Shown piece after piece: positions 59,006-64,000 of a DNA stretch of 64,000 nt. The stretch is from positions 704,001 through 768,000 of the forward strand of contig CAXXDN010000002.1 of the NCBI GenBank assembly GCA_963667465.2, written 5' to 3'. The stretch's first letter is position 1. Each line of letters starts with the position of its first letter. The stretch is from Dehalococcoidia bacterium. Lineage in GTDB: Bacteria; Chloroflexota; Dehalococcoidia; UBA2979. The notes under the pieces were generated by a model. That model was not told where the DNA came from and searched no databases. It saw nothing but the letters and a program-made list of their open reading frames with translations. Both the position numbers and the translations under genes were made by a program.

Positions 59006-59050
59006 GCGCCCATCTCGGATGCGCCCATCTCGGATGCGCCGGTCTCGCAC
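59006..59050. repeat. 15-bp tandem repeat (two exact copies and one degenerate)
   Basis: GCGCCCATCTCGGAT x2 followed by GCGCCGGTCTCGCAC. Confidence 0.8.
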
Positions 59051-59270
59051 GAGGGTCCGCGGGGTGAATCCCATGCAGGTGCGGTGATCGCCGCTGGGCC
59101 AGGCTACTTTACTTCGCCCTATCTTTCTTATGTTTGCGATTGCCTCTGGGCCAAGGGGTTCCGTGGTCGGTTCTCGCGGGCATCGAGGGCCGCGGTTTAG
59201 GTCGGCGATACACAGCACGGTGGTAGACTTGATTTGTCTGCCGAAGCTGGCATCAGCACAAGGAGCCGGC

Positions 59271-60584
59271 ATGAACTCGAACGCGGCTCGCAACACGCTC
59301 GTCGCGGTGCTCTCGGCCCTGATCGGCGTGCTGCTCCTCGCCGCCGGGTTCCTCGCCGCCGTCATCGTCCTCGACGATGCTGAGGAGGTCGCGGCCCCCG
59401 CGGCAGTCGCCGAGCTGACCGTCACGCCGGTGGCGGACCCGGCCGAGACGCCGGACTCAGCCGCCACTGGGGACGGCGTAACGATCCACGGCCGGATCTT
59501 CGAGGAGATTGTCGACATCCTCGAAGAGGACTTCGTCGAGCCGGAACGCATCGACCGCCAGTACCTGTTCGAGGGCGCGATCGGCGGCATCTTCACCGCC
59601 CTCAACGACCCCCACTCTACCTACATCGACCCGGGAACGTTCCAGGTCTCGCGAAGCGATTTTCGGGGCGCCTTCCAGGGCATCGGCGCGACCATCGCGC
59701 AGCAAGACGATTATGTCGTGATCGTCCGCCCGCTGCCCGGCACCCCGGCCGAGCGCGCCGGGATCCGCGCCGGCGACATCATCCTCGAGGTCGACGGCGA
59801 GTCAGCGGAGGGCTGGAATGTCCAGGAAGCGGTGCTGCGCATCCGCGGCCGCACCGGCACGACCGTCGAGCTGCTCGTCCGGCACAGCGACGGCAGCGAG
59901 GAACTGGTCCCGATTACCCGCGACGAGATCCTCGTGGCCTCGGTCGGCACGCTGCCCCCGGGCGGCGTGCTCAAGGACGGTGACGACAACGAGGTCACGG
60001 ACCTCGCCTACATCCGCATCAGCACATTCACCGCGCGTACGCCCACCGAGCTGCGGCAGGCGATCGAGGCTGCCGGAGACGTGAAGGGGCTGATCCTCGA
60101 CGTGCGCAGCAACCCGGGCGGCCTGCTCGTCGAGACCGCGCAAACCGCCGACCTGTTCCTCGACGGCGGCACCATCCTCGTGCAGGTCGATCGCGACGGG
60201 AACGAGCAGGTCTACGACGCGCAGCCGGGCATGTTCACGGACCTGCCGGTCGCGATCCTGCAGGACGAGTTCTCCGCCTCCGGCTCGGAGCTGCTCGCCG
60301 CCGCCCTGCAGGAGAACGACCGCGCGATCGTCGTCGGGACGAACTCCTTCGGCAAGGGCACCGTCAGCCACGCCCGCGACCTCAGTAACGGCGGCGCCGT
60401 CTACGTCTCGATCGCGCGCTGGCTGACCCCCGATCGCAACCTCATCGAGGGTCGCGGCGTTATTCCCGATATCGAGGTGGAACTGACCGTCGAGGACATC
60501 GAGGGGCGGCGCGACGTCGCGCTGTACCGGGCAATCGACGCACTGCGCGCGCAGGTCGAGGCGCAGAACTCAGCCAGCTCGTAG
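59271..60584 (+). CDS. S41 family C-terminal processing peptidase with PDZ domain
   Basis: N-terminal TM; LNDPHSTY, FQGIG, PAERAGIRAGD, LDVRSNPGG, SASGSE, FGKGTV, ARWLTP. Confidence 0.94.
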   Translation: MNSNAARNTLVAVLSALIGVLLLAAGFLAAVIVLDDAEEVAAPAAVAELTVTPVADPAETPDSAATGDGVTIHGRIFEEIVDILEEDFVEPERIDRQYLFEGAIGGIFTALNDPHSTYIDPGTFQVSRSDFRGAFQGIGATIAQQDDYVVIVRPLPGTPAERAGIRAGDIILEVDGESAEGWNVQEAVLRIRGRTGTTVELLVRHSDGSEELVPITRDEILVASVGTLPPGGVLKDGDDNEVTDLAYIRISTFTARTPTELRQAIEAAGDVKGLILDVRSNPGGLLVETAQTADLFLDGGTILVQVDRDGNEQVYDAQPGMFTDLPVAILQDEFSASGSELLAAALQENDRAIVVGTNSFGKGTVSHARDLSNGGAVYVSIARWLTPDRNLIEGRGVIPDIEVELTVEDIEGRRDVALYRAIDALRAQVEAQNSASS

Positions 60585-60662
60585 GTTATGTAACCTCAGC
60601 CTCGCCCCTCCCCGACCCGGCGTAACGCCCGCGGGGTGCGGCGACGCCGGGAGCGCAACGCC

Positions 60663-61151
60663 ATGGCGAAGCGATCACGCGGGCAACGGAAGGCTCGCGA
60701 CGGGGGCGCCGTCGCGACGAACCGCCGCGCCCGTTACGACTACGAGCTTACCCAGCACGTCGAGGCGGGCCTCGTGCTCACCGGCTCCGAGATCAAGTCG
60801 ATCCGCGCCGGGCAGGCGAACATCGCCGAGGGCTTCGGGCGCTTCCAGGAGGGCGAGTTGTGGCTCTACAATGTACATATCGCTCCATACGCGGCGGCCC
60901 GTGAGAACCACGAGGCAATGCGTCCGCGAAAGCTGCTGCTGCATCGCGGCGAGCTGAACCGGCTGGAGCGTGCGCTGCGCGAGCAGCCCGGCATGACCCT
61001 GGTTCCGCTGCGGCTCTATCTGGCCCGCGGGCTGGCCAAGGTCGAGATCGGGCTCGGTCGCGGCCGGCGCCGCTACGACAAGCGGCAGGCGATCGCGACG
61101 CGCGAGGCCGAGCGGACAATGCAGCGGGCGCTGCGCAGGGAAATGCGCTGA
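60663..61151 (+). CDS. smpB: SsrA-binding protein
   Basis: NRRARYDY, EAGLVLTGSEIKSIR, RKLLLH, VPLRLY, YDKRQAI. Confidence 0.97.
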   Translation: MAKRSRGQRKARDGGAVATNRRARYDYELTQHVEAGLVLTGSEIKSIRAGQANIAEGFGRFQEGELWLYNVHIAPYAAARENHEAMRPRKLLLHRGELNRLERALREQPGMTLVPLRLYLARGLAKVEIGLGRGRRRYDKRQAIATREAERTMQRALRREMR

Positions 61152-61202
61152 GCCCGTCGCAGCGGAGGCACGGCCGGACGCCGGGTGGTGCGACAGCAAC
61201 GT

Positions 61203-61557
61203 GGGGACGACAGGAATCGACAGGAGTCTACGGACACGGATTGCGGGCCGAGGCGCCACCACCCTCGTTAAACAGGTGGCAAAACGTAACTGGCGAACGA
61301 GAACTCGCCCTCGCCGCCTAACCAGGCGGTGACGTCGCCCCCGGGCTCAGCCCGGCAGACCGGGAGGCGGCGACGTAACGCCGGGCTGCACCCGCGAAGG
61401 CGCGCCACAGGTCTCGCGGCCAAGATCACTGGGGCTGGCCGGCCCACCCCTCGTCGGTGAAGGCAGGCCGGTGAGATCTTCTCGCCGACTACGCCCGTAG
61501 TAGATTCGTGACGGACGCTCACTGGACGGGGAGTTCGATTCTCCCCCGTCTCCACCA
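61203..61557 (+). ncRNA. ssrA: tmRNA (one-piece)
   Basis: 5' GGGGACG pairs with 3' CGTCTCC-ACCA (G3-U); T-arm GTTCGATT; tag frame (A)GERELALAA* ending at about 61321; lies next to smpB. Confidence 0.96.
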
Positions 61558-61593
61558 ACTCGATACTCTCGGGGTCTCGACCTTGTCGGGCCG

Positions 61594-62016
61594 ATGAGGA
61601 CCGCCGGTTGCCCGGCGGTCCTCTCGATCGCGGACACCGCGCGCGCTCAGGCGGTGAAGGTCGCGCTCGTGCCACCAAACGTCTCTCGTACGGTCGCAGC
61701 GGTGACGTTGCTCGTTGTGCGCACGCCGGACCCCGGCTCGGGCCTCGCACACCGTTTGTGGTACTACATCTCGTCGGAACGCGGCCGCGCCGCGATCGCC
61801 TCGATGCTGACCGCTACGTCCCTGCCAACACTGTCCGCGAAGGCTCTCGGCGAGGTGCAGGTACCGAAGCCCCGCCCAACGAGTTGAGTCGCCTGGCCGA
61901 GCTCATCGAGGGCTGCCGAGGAGTCACGTACAGCAGGCCTTGAAGCGGTGCGGGTGCGGCATGATGTGCTGCGGGATGCGATCATCGCCGAGATCCTGGC
62001 GAGAGGGGACGAGTAG
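61594..62016 (+). pseudogene. Fragment resembling a restriction-modification specificity (S) subunit, multiply frameshifted
   Basis: LWYYISSERGRAAIASMLTATSLPTLSAKALGEVQVP, shifting to PPNELSRLAELIE and then AEESRTAGLEAVRVRHDVLRDAIIAEIL*; TRD end plus coiled coil; no intact 5' end. Confidence 0.6.
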
Positions 62017-62195
62017 CGATGCCGCTCACGCCTGCCGCTGTGTCTTGATCTTCTTGTGCTCGTACTCGACGCTGCCGATCGAACGGTGTTGCACGGGGCG
62101 CCTCCCTCCGGTCGCACCCCCATGATCGCATCAACTCATCCCTCTGGTGAGTTGTTCAGACCATCCCTGGGCTCCCGCGATGCGCCCACGTGCTG

Positions 62196-64000
62196 CTACT
62201 GCCCGTTCCCAGCCTGACTTGATTCCGTCACATCCATGATGGTGACCGTGTGCTCGGAGTACTCCTGGGAGATGACGACACCGCTCCGGGACGGGTTAGC
62301 GATGACGAAGATGAGGGTCTCGGGCCCTTCCGCGATCTCGTCGCTCAGCACCTCCACGGGGATGACCGCTGTCTGGCTTCCCGCCGGGATCATCACCGCA
62401 TGGGGTAGCGGGGCGTAGTCGACGCCTGGCGTCGCCGTACCGCGCACGAAGCAGTCCATCGTGACGTCCTGCTGGTGGGGCTTGGTGAGTCGCAACCGGA
62501 TCTGCGCACTCTCGCCCTCGTTGGCCTGCGAACGCGTGGGGATCAACAGGACTGTCGCCAGATCGTCGTCGGTGAGCGTGAGGGTTGTGGATGGCCCTGG
62601 CGTCGCGTTCCCGGAGACCACGCTCAGCGATATGGTCACCACCGCATCCGGCTCAACGAGGTTGTTGTCCACGGGGAAGAGCTTGATGTACTGCTGCGTC
62701 TGACCGGGCGCGAAGATCAGTTGCTGATCGTATCGCCATTCCCCGGGCTCGCCTGCCAGGGACCACACATCGCCGGTGCGCCCGATCTCTGCCGTCGCCG
62801 AGACCATCGTGAAGGTGAGCTCCACCGTTTCGCTCGGGGCGCTGCTCAGGCGCACAGCGATCTCGACGGGCGAACCGTCCTCGTTCAGGGTGTACGAGGC
62901 ACTGCCGAAGCTGGCGACCGTCAGGCGCCTTCGCACCCGCGTCTGCCCGCTGTCGTCGTCGGTGATGGTCACCGTCGCATCGGAGACGGTGAGGCCGGTG
63001 GCGGCGCCGTGCAGGGTGAGCGTCTCCGCTCGCTCCTCCAGCGCGTCGTCCGTCGGCTCGAGCGTGAACGTCGCCTGCCCACTGCCCTGCCCCGCCGTGA
63101 TGGGCACGGTCACCGTGGAGGCAGCCGTGTAATCGGTGCCTGCGACCGCCGTATCACCCGACGTGCCGACGGTGACCGTCACCGAGGCATCCGTAGTGAG
63201 GGTTCCGGGCCCGACGAAGGCTGCGGTGAGGGTGAGCGTCGTGAGGCCCGCGTTCTCCGCCACGCGCGACGGGCTGACGCTCAGCGTCACGGCGGTGGGA
63301 GTGGAATCGTCGTCGGTGATGGTCACCGTCGCATCGGAGACGGTGAGGCCGGTGGCGGCGCCGTGCAGCGTGAGCGTCTCCGGACCCTCTGCCAGCGTGT
63401 CGTCTGTCGGCTCGATCGTGAACGTCGCCTGACCGCTGCGCTGCCCCGCCGTGATGGGCACGGTCACCGGGCCGGAAGCCCAGTAGTCGGTGCCTGAGAC
63501 GGCGGTGTCACCCGACTGGCCGACGGTGACCGTCACCGAGGCATCCGTAGTGAGGGTTCCGGGCCCGACGAAGGCTGCGGTGAGGGTGAGCGTCGTGAGG
63601 CCCGCGTCCTCCGCCACGCGCGACGGGCTGACGCTCAGCGTCACGGCGGTGGGAGTGGAATCGTCGTCGGTGATGGTCACCGTCGCATCGGAGACGGTGA
63701 GGCTGGTGGCGGCGCCGTGCAGCGTGAGCGTCTCCGGACCCTCTGCCAGCGTGTCGTCCGTCGGCTCGATCGTGAATGTCGCCTGACCGCTGCGCTGCCC
63801 CGCCGTGATGGGCACGGTCACCGGGCCGGAAGCCCAGTAGTCGGTGCCTGAGACGGCGGTGTCACCCGACTGGCCGACGGTGACCGTCACCGAGGCATCC
63901 GTAGTGAGGGTTCCGGGCCCGACGAAGGCTGCGGTGAGGGTGAGCGTCGTGAGGCCCGCGTTCTCCGCCACGCGCGACGGCCTGACGCTCAGCGTCACGG
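62196..64000 (-). CDS. Calx-beta repeat surface protein/adhesin (5' partial)
   Basis: Repeated TAVSGTDY...TDDTLAEGPETLTL...TVTITDDD; runs off the window edge. Confidence 0.9.
   Translation of the reverse strand, partial: VTLSVRPSRVAENAGLTTLTLTAAFVGPGTLTTDASVTVTVGQSGDTAVSGTDYWASGPVTVPITAGQRSGQATFTIEPTDDTLAEGPETLTLHGAATSLTVSDATVTITDDDSTPTAVTLSVSPSRVAEDAGLTTLTLTAAFVGPGTLTTDASVTVTVGQSGDTAVSGTDYWASGPVTVPITAGQRSGQATFTIEPTDDTLAEGPETLTLHGAATGLTVSDATVTITDDDSTPTAVTLSVSPSRVAENAGLTTLTLTAAFVGPGTLTTDASVTVTVGTSGDTAVAGTDYTAASTVTVPITAGQGSGQATFTLEPTDDALEERAETLTLHGAATGLTVSDATVTITDDDSGQTRVRRRLTVASFGSASYTLNEDGSPVEIAVRLSSAPSETVELTFTMVSATAEIGRTGDVWSLAGEPGEWRYDQQLIFAPGQTQQYIKLFPVDNNLVEPDAVVTISLSVVSGNATPGPSTTLTLTDDDLATVLLIPTRSQANEGESAQIRLRLTKPHQQDVTMDCFVRGTATPGVDYAPLPHAVMIPAGSQTAVIPVEVLSDEIAEGPETLIFVIANPSRSGVVISQEYSEHTVTIMDVTESSQAGNGQ
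62951..64000. repeat. Three near-identical 354-bp tandem repeats (118-aa units)
   Basis: ACGCTCAGCGTCACGG recurs at 63277, 63631 and 63985. Confidence 0.95.

Noticed and set aside
61203-61557. Permuted two-piece tmRNA or a tRNA gene
   Set aside because: The 5' and 3' acceptor halves flank the tag frame in the standard one-piece order.
62951-64000. CRISPR array
   Set aside because: The repeats are 354-bp in-frame coding units without unique spacers. No cas genes or repeat-spacer arrays were seen in the window.

Overview
High-GC bacterial chromosomal window. The tmRNA tag (A)GERELALAA, F420-type oxidoreductases, DapL, ApgM and paralogous molybdo-hydroxylases suggest Chloroflexota/Dehalococcoidia; this placement is inferred, not tested. 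Most of the window is housekeeping: guaA-purD-orf-purE-cupin-purB-purC-purS, tsaC, pgk/apgM/tpiA/miaA, dapF/dapL, dcd, hflX, korAB, bcp, an S41 peptidase, smpB and ssrA. Catabolic genes include acyl-CoA dehydrogenases, a CoA transferase, thiolase/DUF35 and a xanthine-dehydrogenase-family locus with two large subunits. Accessory elements are four type II toxin-antitoxin loci, two near-identical IS481 copies at CTAG stop-codon sites, a decayed restriction-specificity fragment behind tmRNA and a Calx-beta repeat surface protein. The three most notable candidates are: (1) a membrane-anchored tandem Swt1-like HEPN protein with a Thr/Pro stalk; (2) an unannotated 46-aa Arg/Gln-rich peptide with 11-bp-periodic boxes upstream of a CP-ATP-grasp/alpha-E/transglutaminase operon whose Anbu peptidase is a pseudogene; (3) a VapC partner whose antitoxin tail is fused to a thioredoxin-like domain. 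All family calls come from motif recognition by eye; no database searches were run.
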